From: Ophelia neglecta
Taxonomy: Eukaryota
Direction: 5' to 3'
DNA: 64,000 bases
NCBI GenBank assembly: GCA_965285935.1
Contig: OZ260666.1
Coordinates: 35,712,001 to 35,776,000, forward strand
Shown: positions 38,406 through 52,200 of the stretch, one piece after another
Position numbering within the stretch: position 1 is the stretch's first letter
Layout of the letters: each line of letters opens with the position of its first letter
The notes under the pieces: model-generated
What the model was told of the DNA's origin: nothing
Databases searched by the model: none
What the model saw: only the letters and a program-made list of their open reading frames with translations
Position numbers and translations under genes: made by a program

Positions 38406-40291
38406 CTAAGAGAAGGTGTTGCTGAAGTCGGTGCCGAAGCCAGGCGGGGGCGGCGGTGGTAGGTCACTCAGGTCCCGCGGACTCCCGTCTTTTGTCTTAA
38501 TCCAATATTCCTTATCAGGTGTGGCAATCGGAGCCAAGCGATTACTATAAACCTGCAAACAGAATAAACCAGGAGTCAAAAAATTGATAAATCTATGCAA
38601 AAGCAAAAAAACCTAGACAGGTTCGTGCTGTCAGTGCAGTTGAAATGATAATGGGCTCAAAGGATTGCTTCTATAACGCCAAATGTATACTATGTTTAAA
38701 TCCTAAAAAAAGACCAATTTATATACATTAATACTATCAAGAACGAGCTAAGCCCGCGCCCACCTCTTCATTATGTCGTCCACTAGCATCGTCTCTACTC
38801 TCCTCGTCTGGTTCAGGTTCTGGTGAGAACAGCGTCTTGATCACGTGGAATATGATGAGATCACACAACTCGAATAGAGTGAGGAGACTACCACCGAGCA
38901 GCAGTCCCATGAACCCCCCAACATCGCCTGAAAGGGGAGACAGGTATCAAATCTAGACCACACGTTGCCGATGTCATTCATCGTCTCTGTTGCTTTAATA
39001 TTTAATTCATCAATGCTTATGGGAAAGGCACTAATATGTGCATTCAATGGTATTAATATTCTTGGTTTTAGTAGATTGGGGTAGGGTGGACTTCAAATAA
39101 TACAAGGAGGTACTGGATGGTCACGTGTTTACATAACTGGCTTGAAACCCGGATCGGATACCCGGAAGACACAGCCAAATCATTGATCAATATTAGTCCA
39201 TAAAGTCGATGGGATATCATCATGAACCAGCCACAGCAATACACACATAAATAAATCAATTTCCAGGTCCCAGACAAACAATAAACATGCAACAAAATAA
39301 AATGTTCAACAACCAAAAAATGATATAACTTGCAATGAGAAGTATTTAACAGTAGTCCGTGATATAAATCAGATAACAAAACAAACAAGTCTGTAGTCGA
39401 AAGTAGGACAGAGGCGAATATGTACCAAGAGAGGCTACCAAAGTGGTCGCTCTCTCATGATATTGCGATATTACCAGTCACGCTTCTACCCTGACTGAAC
39501 ACGTGCACCTGCAACATATGATATTACATCAGTATAAAGCAGAGATGCACACGGCCCTTAACCCTAGGATGAGCGGACATTTCTAGTTCTGGAACAGCCT
39601 TTACTTTAGGCTTATGGGTCTCGAATGAAATCAACATTCCAGCTCTCATTCATAACATTACGAAATGGAATAGAAAAAGACAACTCCTCCAAATACTGGA
39701 TCTCATTTGTTTATTCTTGACATTGGGCACGGCGGAATTTAAGAATATGGTGGCAGCATCTTAACCCATGTAGCATTGGCGTTCTGGGACAGGTGGACAG
39801 AAAAGCGCAGTTTTATTTTGCCCGGGCCTTAAGAACCACACGCCTTAGCCTCACATTCTGACAGGCCACTGCTTAGGAGGGTTGTCCCTCTAAGCCTATC
39901 TTATAGCACAGGGATTTGGCCAGGTTATTTGAGTGAGTACCCTAGTTTCATGAGGTATTATGTTCAAAGAGGGCAAGAAAAGGCAGTAATATTTTCTTCA
40001 TCGACAAGGATGCTAATTCACACAGAGCTCAGACGATATTGTTGACGGTTCGCGATTATTACAGGCTCATATTTCGTAAGAGAAGGCTTGCTGAACTTTT
40101 TGTGTGATTGTTAGGACACGAGATCAAGTATTATTTTTCGACACTGCAAATTTTACACCCCTGGCTGCAAAGTAAATGAATAAATCAATCAAGGCTTACC
40201 GAGAAATTGTGTTATTTGATAAGCCTGTAATTGTTTGACATTCTGATGCTTCAGCTGAGAGAAATAGACGTCCACCGCCATGAAATTATTT
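38406..40291 (-). CDS. DEG/ENaC beta11-12, TM2 and cytoplasmic tail exons (40291-40200, 38927-38764, 38552-38406)
   Basis: [30 protein letters not shown] / [27 protein letters not shown] / ...[19 protein letters not shown]. Confidence 0.95.
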
Positions 40292-43200
40292 CTAGAAAAA
40301 AAAGTTGAGCAAAGAATCATGTTTAAACTTGTGTAAACAGATTGAGTATTTTTGTTGTCCTCCATAGTTAGTCTTTATCGACCGTAAGGGCCTGGACAAA
40401 AAGTAAAAGTAATTAACTACCGTTGGGTCTAAAAACTCTTATATAAAACTATGATAAACGCACAATATGAAGGTGTGGTCGATCTTTCTCAGCTCTGTAT
40501 ATTTGGTGTGCTCGTCTCCCATCTTTTCTATTGCGGTCGTCAGTTTTTTTGTATTCAGTAATAACTGCTCCTCGAAATCGTCGAGAATCTTGAGTAGGGG
40601 ATCGCAGAAAGCGTTCACTCCCTCCGCTATATATTTAGACGCTTCGCTCCTGACAAACACGCGTAAGGGCATATCTCGGTTCCACACCCTCCAATATTCT
40701 CGTGCAGTGTCGTGGTAACGTTCGGGATTCTCAAAGTTTGGGGAAGGGATCCTCCAAATTTTCATGGTTTTTGACTTGTCGTAGAAAGTGTTCGGTTTAA
40801 GGTACTTCTGGAGATGACTGGCCTTTTGGAAGGCCGTGTGATAGTAGTCTAGCAGTTCGTGTCTCATCTTTGTAATTCGCTGTCGTAGTGGAGAGGTCAG
40901 GCGCGACTGTATTCGGTCCACGAAGGTATTTATCCGGGTCAACACCTCCGAGCTGGACTCGGCAGGGTCGAAATTGCTTAAGTAGCCTAGTTTTGTCATT
41001 TGTGCATGCGCGTAGCGCGTTCTTAGGCTTTCCATAGCCCGTTCGTCTTTCTCTATGATGCCTGATTCGGTGGTGAAATTGAATTGGTCTCCTGCGAATG
41101 GACTTGTTTCAAATGCATAGTCATCTGCCTTTTTATCAGCACCTTCAACCCATTCCATTGTTTTGTCCAAAACGTTTCGATACTCGTCCAAGCATGTGGT
41201 GATGTATTTGGGATCTAGGAAGTAAGCATTGGTGTATTCTTCCAAATTTTCTTTGGTGGTGTGCTCATCATTAGAGCGGGGGTTGGGATTTTGCCAATCG
41301 GGTGCCTCCTGCAGAACAGCAGCTATCTGTTTGAGGGTCGCGGACAATTCCTTCATCCTTTGTAAACATTCATGGTTACTCACGGCAAATGTTACTGGCA
41401 GGAAGGCCAGTAGGTCCTTATCCTCATTACTTTTGATTGTCAAAGAACTTTGGTTTGTGATTTTCAAGTGAAATAATTCGAAATTCTCGTGCGCCAGCAA
41501 AACTTTCATCACCAGTGACGAAGTGATCGCATTGAAAAATGGTCTTAGTTTGGCCATGTTGTTGTCTTTCATTGTTATCATCTGTCTTAGCTCCTGCAGA
41601 GATTTATCTAATTCTTGCATATACATACGTACTAAAATTATCCCGTCATCGTAGAATTTCATGTAGGCTTCCTTGTGTTTGGGTAAATCACCCATGAGAT
41701 CCCCCATGTCATCCCGGAATATCTTAAGGAGTGTGCCCGTGGCAGTCCACACTTTGGCAAAGCTAGATTTCTCAACATCGCCGAGGTATGTTTTGGCAAA
41801 GCGCCGCATGTTTTTATACTGCTTTATTATCTCGGTAATCATCAGCATATCGGTGGAGAAGATGGACGACTCTACCCTCTGGCGAGATTCCAAGGCATCG
41901 TGGTACTTCTTCAACAGGAGGTCCTATTTGGAGTAAACAGTATTATAATATGGCTGGCTTATTTAGTTTATTTTCATGCATGTTGGGTTCAACAGTCTTG
42001 TTTCAATAGGGAAACAAATATAGTCTTATACGTGTTCGTTGTGTTCCCACGTCTGACGAGCCCAACTACTCATACTTTGATAGGCCTATACTGCTGACAA
42101 GATCGTCAAGTATGTATGAAACGCTCAAAGGCCTACTACAATACTACACACACATCCACACACTTTACATAAGAGTTTTTTTTGTGATTTATATGGAGTG
42201 AGTTATTTTACGAATCTGAATAACCAAAAACCACATTGTGTCTTTACCGCCCAGCGGACAGACATGGCTCTAACGTACTTAAAACCGAAACATTAGGAGT
42301 GAAATAAGAATAGTTGGTATAATGTTGAATAACTTGTCAAGCATTGTCGTTCTGAAAAGTCTATATGTTTAGTTTTTTGTTTGATTTTTTATTAACAAGT
42401 TTTTGGTCATTGCGATGACAATATCAGATATATATTTTTAGGCAATTGTTAAATTTCTTGAGCGACCTGCTGGTGGTAAGGGAGAGTGTTTGGTTCACCT
42501 TGTTCTCTGTGAGGATGTTGTCTACACTGAGCACGGAGAGGGCCGCCTGGGAAAGCCCCGGTTCGTAGATCGTCTGCTTACACGGCTTGGGACACTCGCA
42601 GCGAGACCGAGACGACGACAGTTTCACAGAATCTACATATACATTTTTTTTATTAAAACGAAATGTCAAAACACAGCAAAATACCTGTTTAAATGCTACA
42701 ACAAATAACGATCAAGACAAATGTCTTTCTTTTCAGCGATTCAGTTTTGCTTCATGAGGATTTGTGAAAGACCATGCTGACTTACTAATGGAGGGGATGG
42801 CGCAGGAAAAATACATAGTGAGATTACACACTGGCGGGTTATCTGGCATGGAAAACAAGAGACAAATATAAATATAAATTAAACAATAAATACATTTCAA
42901 AATGAGAAAACGAGTTCACTTGCTCTTGCTTGACACACACATATATATATATAATATTTGTTTCAAGTGTAGAAAGTTCCTTGCAACATTTTCTGATCAC
43001 ACATACCGATGGATCTCGCGAAGCCCGGCATGTAGGCATCCCTGCAGCCACACATCTCGTTGATCTGGGTCGTTTCACACTCTCGAATACATTTGGAGTA
43101 AACATAGTCATCCCCTGTGTAATATTCCAATGTATGGACCCCGCAGTCACCTATGGGCCGCGGTAAATTCTCAGCCTATAACCAACAACCAGTATTTCTA

Positions 43201-46200
43201 TTGTATATTATGATATAAAATATGAATTCATAGTATCTTTTAATTAGAACTAGAACTTTCGATCAGTTAATTTGCTCAGTCTTTGATTCTTTGATCTACC
43301 TCATTGAGTCTGATGGCAACCAAAGCATGTAGTCCAGGAGCGATTGCAAAACCCAGATCTCTCACTTCAGGTAGTTCATTCTTGGAGTGTAGGAATACCT
43401 AAATAAGTCAAAACATATACACAGTGATGCACTGATCGTCTTGAAAAGTCGGACGAACACATGTGAGAACCTTAAATTATCAGTCTTTTTAAACTATGCT
43501 CTAATTAACATGATGTTGTTAAAAAATAATTATTAAACTGGGCCCACTTATTATAAAGGCGAACGGGAAATTTATCAGAATGAAAATTTAAAACGTACTT
43601 AGTTTTGAACCTTAGCTATATTTAAAGTAAATGCCGAATTTGTCTTATAAATGTCGGTGAGTAAACATTCTACATGCGCAAATAAATTCGTTTATTAAAC
43701 ATTGCCACCTGTTTTAGATAGAGTAGTGTGTCAAGCAAAAGGTTATACATAGAGAACGCTGGATTAGGAACAGTTTAACGCTGACTTAATGGATGTAAGG
43801 CACTTTATTATAACCGTTAGGGGGCATTGCATGTTCCGGTAAGCTGGTTTCATGCATATCTAGGCTGGCAGTTCATCGCTGTGGATGCAGCACCATTTTC
43901 AACACAACTACCAGTCTTTACATGTGGATCATGTCACTGCTATCTATTGTTCTGTTCAACAGAGCAATGATGCTGGAAAACTTGTCAGCATCTAATATGT
44001 ATGAGGCACTTTATTTCATTGTTATCCATGTAACATTTAATGTGACATTGTGTGCTGCGGTTATATAGAGATTGAGGTCTGTAATAACTGCCCACGTGGG
44101 CTCTGGGTGATTTGTCAACATATTGTTTAGAGAATTATTTTGGCCTACACAGTTAAATTTAGGGAGACGATTTGGATGCTCAATGATATGCCAATTCTTC
44201 ATGCTGCCAAAAGATGTAATATATGTTCTCTATTACAGAGGTTCACTGTTGTTATCAGTATTTCCTATTTATCATATAAGATGAAGCAGAGTGCTTCTTT
44301 GAAAAGAGAGCTCAAGATATTATGATAAATAATTCATGGCAATCATTCACTGAAGGATGGTAAATTTGTGTTTAATAGATATATAGTTTTTTTGTAACAA
44401 ATTTGTTTTTCCAGGGTATTCATACTCAAGGCAGTGAACCATGTTTAGATGAAATTTCAAATGAAAAGAGTCGTTTCTTAAAAAATCCGTGTACTTTAAA
44501 GTATACATGATATAGTACACTTTACTCGGGCTGTGCATTCAGATATAACATTTTATTTGTACGGTAGATGTACGACTTACTTTGATGCCGGCATCACTCT
44601 GTGGTCCTCTCATGTACTCATACTGTTCAATGTTCATAGTGACGCTTAGTCCAAACCGGGACCCTGGTAAGACAGCAAGTCAGGTCAAAGGTTAACCATT
44701 AATAACATATAGAGCAGGTAGATACAGGCTGTATAGCTCCTAACATCATCAACACTGTGCAAATCTAGCAATGTCTGTAATGTCATTCATTGTGTATTTA
44801 ACAACTAACCCACCTGTCTTGGCTGTGCTGAGATTTCCTTGTTCCTCGGAGTTAAAAGTATAACAAAGCCCGTAATCTGTTACCTGCTTGGTAAAATTCT
44901 CATAGCTACATGTTTCGCCTTCCCATTTACAACTGAAAATATGGTTATATGACGATTATTAACAACATTTATTAGTAAACAGAATGCCAGGACTGAGTTA
45001 ATGGAGGCTGTAAGCTAACATATAATACAATTCACCCGTAAAGGAGGTCTTGTCCTTGGTGGCCAGCCCGCATGTATATTTCTGTCAGATTGAGTTTAGC
45101 CCCTGGAATAAAACTGCCTATATTAACAACTAGATTCACATATTTACAGATCTAATGTTTATGTGTAAAGGAAAAGGTTTATGCCGAGCAATTATTTTTT
45201 GCGGTTTGGAAAATGAAATTGAAAACATTTGGTTGGAAAGCTACCCAGGTCGATATTGGATGGTGTCGGGTTGACCTGAGTTCCCTCGAGGATTGCACCA
45301 TTCATTCCACCATCTTCCTCCGAGATCTCACTCAAGGTTTCATTCTCTGCTGTGTAGAAAATAAAAAGTCTCTACTGTGTAGGAAATACAAGTCAAAGAT
45401 GTGTTAAAATACATATTATGTGAGAAAGGAATGGAATTGATTTAAAACCTCCTAGACAGAGTATGGGCAACTCTTCTTCCCCCTCGTGACAGTTTGGTAT
45501 TCCATCACATTGTCTGCTCTGAGAGATGCAGGCGAAATTCCCCGTACAAGCAAACTCGTGATCAGAACAATCTGCAAGCATAAAACGCAATTGTGTTCGT
45601 GTAGTAGATGGAAATAGCTCATTTGCACGAAACAACTTTTTTATGTTTTAGTACGTATGTGAATATGGGAACCGTAAGTTTGTAAATCTTGTTCCCACTT
45701 GGATTTACACTACACACTTGTCTCTGGTATGTGATAACTGGCCTACGCTGTAAATAGGTTATGTTGTTGAAGACAGGGAAATGGGGAGAACCGTGAGCAC
45801 TGTTTTTCAAAAGCCGAACTTTGGACACGTGCCAAAAAGGCGCTATTTCTCCGGCGATATTATCATATCTTATTGAACATTAACGCTTGAACAAATGGCA
45901 AAAAAATATTAATATACACGTGTACCGGAGAAATAGCGTTTTTCGGTAATAAGTCTTTGTTCGGCTTCCGAAGCACTGCGGCAGAGCAGACTTTTCACTC
46001 CAAGTTTCTGTGGTCAACAACATAAGCGGCCAGTTGGCCAAGACCCATGCAGATACACGTACTTAATAACTAGCTAGGTTCACAGAAAGATCATCGACGA
46101 GAATGTCTTGTTAACACTATCCCTAAACAATAAAGTAAAAATAATCCAAATCTGACTATAATCGGGACATTCGCCGTCCATGACCGTGATATCGTCCACT

Positions 46201-49200
46201 CCAGTCCTGATTTGGTCACCGCTCAGCTCAAACAGCAGACGATAAGTTCCCGGCTCGAGCTGCGCCTGCGCGTAATGCCACTCGTTGTCCGTTATACTGT
46301 GAAGGCGCCATACGACCTTTGGGAGCCAAGCAGATATTACAGCTCAGTCATTAAATGTGTCTCGTTAATCTTGTACTGCGTATTTACAAGTTAATTTTCA
46401 ATCGAGCCTAATAAAATATGTTCAGTTTAATATGAACACGTATCAATTTTAAAATGTTGTTCATATCTCTACACCATTGCTCGCACACTGTATCCCGAGA
46501 AAATGTTGATTATAATTGCATAGTTACCTCGGTGTGCCTGTCCTCATCCTCCATGGAAATAGAAAGCGTGCTGACACGTGCTTTTAATTTGCCTTGAAGG
46601 AAGTAATAGAAGGAAACACAGCTCCGGTTGGAGTACGTGTACATCGGACTGGCCATTATGGTGGATCCTTTCCCCGGAAGGACGCCACTTGTTCGCAAGT
46701 AGTAGCCACCTGAATTGCCAAAGGAAAGGCCCGACGCTAGAGGGCCACAGTGATTTCACTAATACGCCGGCGCACAATGACAGGTAGAAATAGGAGGGGT
46801 CACACGAAGAAGAAAAGTGGTTTCAGGCTCGAACTTAATCATGCGCGCAACAATACAAATGAGCAACAAGGAAAGAAACACAGACAGCGTGGCTTGGAAG
46901 GAAGGAGAAACAGAGTGCAAAGGAAAGCAGCAGCAACACGTCATATCAATAGGATCGATATCTACTGTGACCGACGGCATTTTTTAAAGCAAAATGACCA
47001 ATAGAATAATCTTTTTATTAAAATGTTATTTTGTTATGCAGTCTTGTTCAAAGAAATGAAGGCAGATTTCTGTGCAGACATAAGTTTACCCTAATGCCAC
47101 TGCTCTTTCAGCAGGTGTTCGTTACGTACCAGGTATCGCTCTTGGTCTATAGTTCCGGCTCCTGATCCATTTGATTGTTCCTTCCGAACGGTCTTGGTAA
47201 TTACAGTAGTCATCTTCGTCAAAAGAACAATCAAAGGGCCCCCAATGTTCTGCAGGGATAAGAATTTAACTGCTATCTGAGATCTCTTTCCGATTTACCC
47301 AGACGACTTTCCGCGCAGCGCACGTAAGACTGTATCGTAACAGTATTCTTACGCGCTAACGGGTAAAGCAAATACCAATCACGCATCGCCTATTTCCGCG
47401 TAGAAAGTAGGCCTATGTTAATGTGTAAAATATGGTTTGAAATTCGCATGTTAAGACAGTTTTAATGGCAGTGCGTAAAGGACCCTCGCGTGTTATAGCG
47501 AGGCGTTGTATGATGAATGCACCAGCTTTGGTGGGTAAAGTTATGCTAAACAAAATACCTAAAAAGCACTTTGCGTTCTCGCCAGGGCGCTTGTTAATTT
47601 TCAACTTATCATTTTATAAGATAAAGGTGCCGTTCGCTTTACTTAATATATTCAGAACATCACTTTAATCTTGATTGTTTCCTTTTACACGAGTTTGTCC
47701 TCCGAAATCGGAAGTATCCTTTGGTTATTTCACAATATTGTTTTTATCCACTTGCATGATCAGGTCCATTCTTGTAATAAACAATACCTGAAAATGATGG
47801 AATTTCCGGTAGTCCAGCCCCCAAACAAATCTCCGAGTGGTCAAAATCAAGCGAATGTACTGAATTTTACTCAAAAATTCCCCCTTCTTCACATCAAAAA
47901 AGGACATTAATAACTATTTAAAACATTGAAATTTAAACAGAATCTGTCCGCCCGTATGATCCCTAGCCAAATGTTCTGATGGACCGTAGTGCTTTTGAAG
48001 CCTAAAATCGCCCCTTGCCCCCTAGAAATGTAAGAACAGTAAATTTAAATGAGCTGTCTAATGGTATTCAACATCCGTTTGACCCAGAAAAAAACGGCCA
48101 TGTATTGTTTTTCAATATGTCATGGGTCTCTCTCTTAAACTCATTAAGCCAATAATCAGTGTGTTTTATCATATACGAGAAAAGTTTATTCGGTTTATGG
48201 AATGCATCGATGTTCAATTCCCACACTGTAAAATTAGGGTTTGCTTAAGGTAATGCTTCTTATTTTATCACCGAAAAAGGAACATGTACTGTGTCGCCAT
48301 GAAAGAAATAATCCCGACAAGGGACGGCATGCTTTTTTAATCATCTACTGTCCCCTGAAGCAATTCTACCGTTGCCAATAGATATTTTTGTCATTGACAA
48401 ATTTACGTTATGAGCCATGGTGAATTTGTCGGTTCATCATATTAATATTTGTTTATTTATGGATAAAATTCAAATAGCACTTACCTTGGAAACAGGGCCC
48501 AGCGGAGATGTTGATGTTTGCCAGGCCGGCGTTATGTTCCGTCCATTTGACGCCATAGCCAGCCTGGAATACCAGCCCGTACTCGCCGACGGGTAGGTTG
48601 GCCGCCGCCTTGTGCCAAGCCTTCTTCTGGCCGTCGTGAATCAACGCCATCACCTGAAAAAAGATACAATAAAATCATACAGAGGCAAATACTACGCGAA
48701 AATCAATTTAATTCCATTTGCCCTTTTTCTTATAGGCCTTAATAATGCTAGATGGGTATGCAAAGTTGCCAAACAAACCCCACTCTTCTTTACAGAGCAG
48801 TCCATTAATTAACTTAAATGCTTTGATAAAATTATGCTAGAGAAGCACTGTATAATGCAAGACAAAGAACTTTTTTTTTAGCAGTCAGTAACAAAGAATT
48901 GAAATTAAGGCCAAATTGATGAGCATTATCGGAGACGTAGCAACAAGTTTGCTTTTTGGTGACAATGTTTTTCTAGGATCAATCTGCAACTTTTTCATAA
49001 TAAAACACTGTTGATTGTTGTGTTCTTGAAAATGAAGGTCGTTACCATACTGCATAACATGGTCAGAAGGGTGGGCATGATTTCCCTCTTGCCCCGGCCG
49101 TGTGTGTAACACGGCTACTGCTGAAGCGCATATTGACTATGGCGTTTTGTGATTTGATATCGCATATGCTCCATAAAACAATGCCTTGCCTGCACCCTAC

Positions 49201-52200
49201 TGGATAAAAGTATTTGTCGAGGGTCATTCTGAATTAGAAATAACATAACGTTTCGCCCCTAGGAGTAGCCGCGTGCTTTAACACCCGAACAGCCCGAGAA
49301 TGTTCACCTCCTTGGTTTTGTTTTCCCAGTACATGAAGATACGGATGTCGATGTAGCTGGTGTAGTAGGAGAAGCGCAGACAGCTCTCTGTCGACACGAG
49401 TTGTGTTGGTGTGATCAGACGGCTCCACTCGCCGGTCTTCGGGACCCCTCGCTTGGTTTTCGGGTTAGCCCTCGGGTTGCTCAGCCGCAGATAATACTCT
49501 AAGAAAGATAAATATCCTAACAATTAAAGCCAACAATTCACTGAATGGGCAGAAAAAAGCGCATGTTTAGTTTGCTCTAAGGGATGGAAACTTTTGTTTC
49601 CTTCTTGTCTTTGTATCTGAATTAAATGCGACTTTTGAGACTGGTTGTACACGAAGCTGAGGTTCTAAGCACGCCATTAGATACTTTTAATAGCATGCAA
49701 GTAAGGACAGAAACGAGCAATAAGCAAACACACGCACCTTTTCTTGGAGACTGTATGACCGTGAAGTTAGCGGTAAAGTTACTATTATAGGCCATGGGCA
49801 CTGGCATCTCTCGTTCTTCTCTCAGCCAAACATCATTACGGTTGGAGGAGATGTACCGATATCCACAAGCGCATTTGTCCGTGAACGAACACGGGATGCC
49901 ATCCAGTTCGCCAACTGTCGGAAGATAGAAAGCATTGAATGTTTAACATCTTTATTCTCGAAAACAAACATTAACATTAGGCGATTGCGGTTTTACACAA
50001 TTTAAATCTATATTCTACCACTGTAACAGTCTTGCCTTGCAATAGGTACACGTCCCAACCGCGTACGCCTCTTGAAATCTTTGACAACACAGCGTCGGGG
50101 TCTCTCAAGTCCGAGCACCGCTTGACCTGACAGTAGTCATCCCGGAAGTTGAAAGCGTTTCCGCCCAGTTTAATTGTTTCGTTTTTGCAAGTTTCCACCG
50201 TGTAGGACTTTGGTCTCTCTCTGGGTCGGATGTGTTCACAGTTACATCTATATCCTTCAAAGTCACTGGCCACGATCGCAAACTGCTTGCTGCATTCTAT
50301 ACGCAACAAAACACGTACAATGGTTAGCATAATGGGTTCGAGAAAGGTTTTGGGTCCTTCAAGAACATGACAATGCCAATATATCAGATTAAAAATTACA
50401 CCTTTGTCATTATATACAGAAAAAAAGTGTAGTATGTTATTTTAACACGGAAGTGTAATACGATAGTTCACCTTCTCTTTCTGCGAAGCTCTGGGCACAT
50501 GTACTACACGAGGAGTTGTTCGCCCAGCACATGGTGTGCTCGAATGCCTCGTGTAGGTCGACGATATAAGGCTCCATGGTGGTGTACATGGCGGTGGTGC
50601 CACCTGCAGTGGAGATACCTTCCTCTGTGGACGTCCACGAGGCACTCTCGGTCACGTTCTCTGTGCTTTCTGTGGTCATCACCGTAGTCGGCTCTTCTGT
50701 CGTCATAACTGAAAAACAAAAACACTATTCACAAAGGGTCCACAGCCTATTGCTGGAATGCTAAGTTCATGTTCACAACCTTCACTAAGTGACCTGTCAG
50801 TCTGTGTAGTTAAGACAGTTGACATCTAAATCTTTGAACGATGATTAAGCAAAGGATTTTGAAAAATATCAAAGCAGAAGATCACCGGTTTGCATGGAGT
50901 TGGCTTTAAGTTTACTGTAATAGCTTATAATACAATGATTTAAATATATTCTTACTGGGAGCGATCTCCACAAAGGCAGTACAGTTTTCATTGAGTAGGG
51001 TCATGTTGTCGAGGTAGATACGATCAGCGAGTCTGTTTGAGAGCACGTCTAGTATAAGATGATAACTTCCTGGCGGTAGTAAGATGTCAGACGACTGCCA
51101 CTCGGGCATCTCACTGTCCAAGCTCGACAGCGAGCACAGCCGCTGGACCCCGAGTATGATATTGGCCGAGGAGTTCTGAAAGGTACACCACCAAATGATG
51201 CGATGCATCCATAGTTTTACTGTAATACTACTTTTATGATATAGAAGGTATTCTGAGTGGTGGCTGCTTGTTGTGCTGACACGATGATTCAGAGAGATGA
51301 TGACCCTTGTTTCAGTAAAATATATATCACTGACCTTATATTTATGTACATTTTTTATTGATTTGCGCTGAAATTCAAATAGTATTTTTTTTTTTGACAA
51401 ATAAGACTATATCTTGCCAAGTTGGTTACGCTAGGTTTATCAACTGGTCGTAGAATCGTGCCAGTGTACGCCGTGGGAGCGACAGTGATAAGCACATGGC
51501 ATCTCGTTCTCCCTTATCATATATATATCGAATCATGTAATATATTTTATGATGTTTTATAAACTGAATTGAATTGAGCTCTCAGTTGCGGTTTCGTAGG
51601 ACAAGGTTCATTGGTTAGGCGGACATGACCTAGTTTCCCTGCTCCAAGTTGAAGGAGAGGACGTTTTATGGTGTTCACGTTTACATGGCTCTCTACCACG
51701 TAGGACAGCACGCCTCTCTGTCACATTCTACCTGTGAAGGCACACCCATCATGTCTGTATTTTTGTACCACCCCGGTTTCGCTACTTACCTGATAGGAAA
51801 TGTCAATAACCGTTTTCCCCGTGATGTAGTAGTCAATATGCAGACAGGTGGTAAATGGGTTGGAGTGAAGTGGTGACACCAAGCGGCTAATGTCTCCATC
51901 TCGTCCTTCGTGTGTGTCAACTGTCAGTACGCTATGCATGCCCTCTGGCGGAGAGAATACTTTTCAAGATAGATTTTTCGTGGATACCGTTTTTACACGC
52001 CAATTATCAAATTCAAACTATATTCAGTGTTGATGAACGTCATTCTTTTGAGCCTATCGCTTGTGCTGTGTTTATATGGACCTTCATCCATGAATCCGTT
52101 AATTGTAATATGTGATTAACTAGATAGTAACAAATAAGTGTTCTTTGCTGGGGCGCATTTTTGGGGTGGAGACCGAATTCATATTACACCCCATCCCCAT

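Noticed and set aside
22215-38406. Functional coupling of the convergent sGC and DEG/ENaC genes
   Set aside because: Adjacency only; cGMP classically acts through CNG channels and PKG, and the sequence shows no evidence of coupling.
40439-41914. 491-aa ORF as an independent coiled-coil or viral gene
   Set aside because: Flanked by splice sites whose phases are required to join the ENaC exons on either side (0 in, 2 out); skipping it would frameshift TM2.
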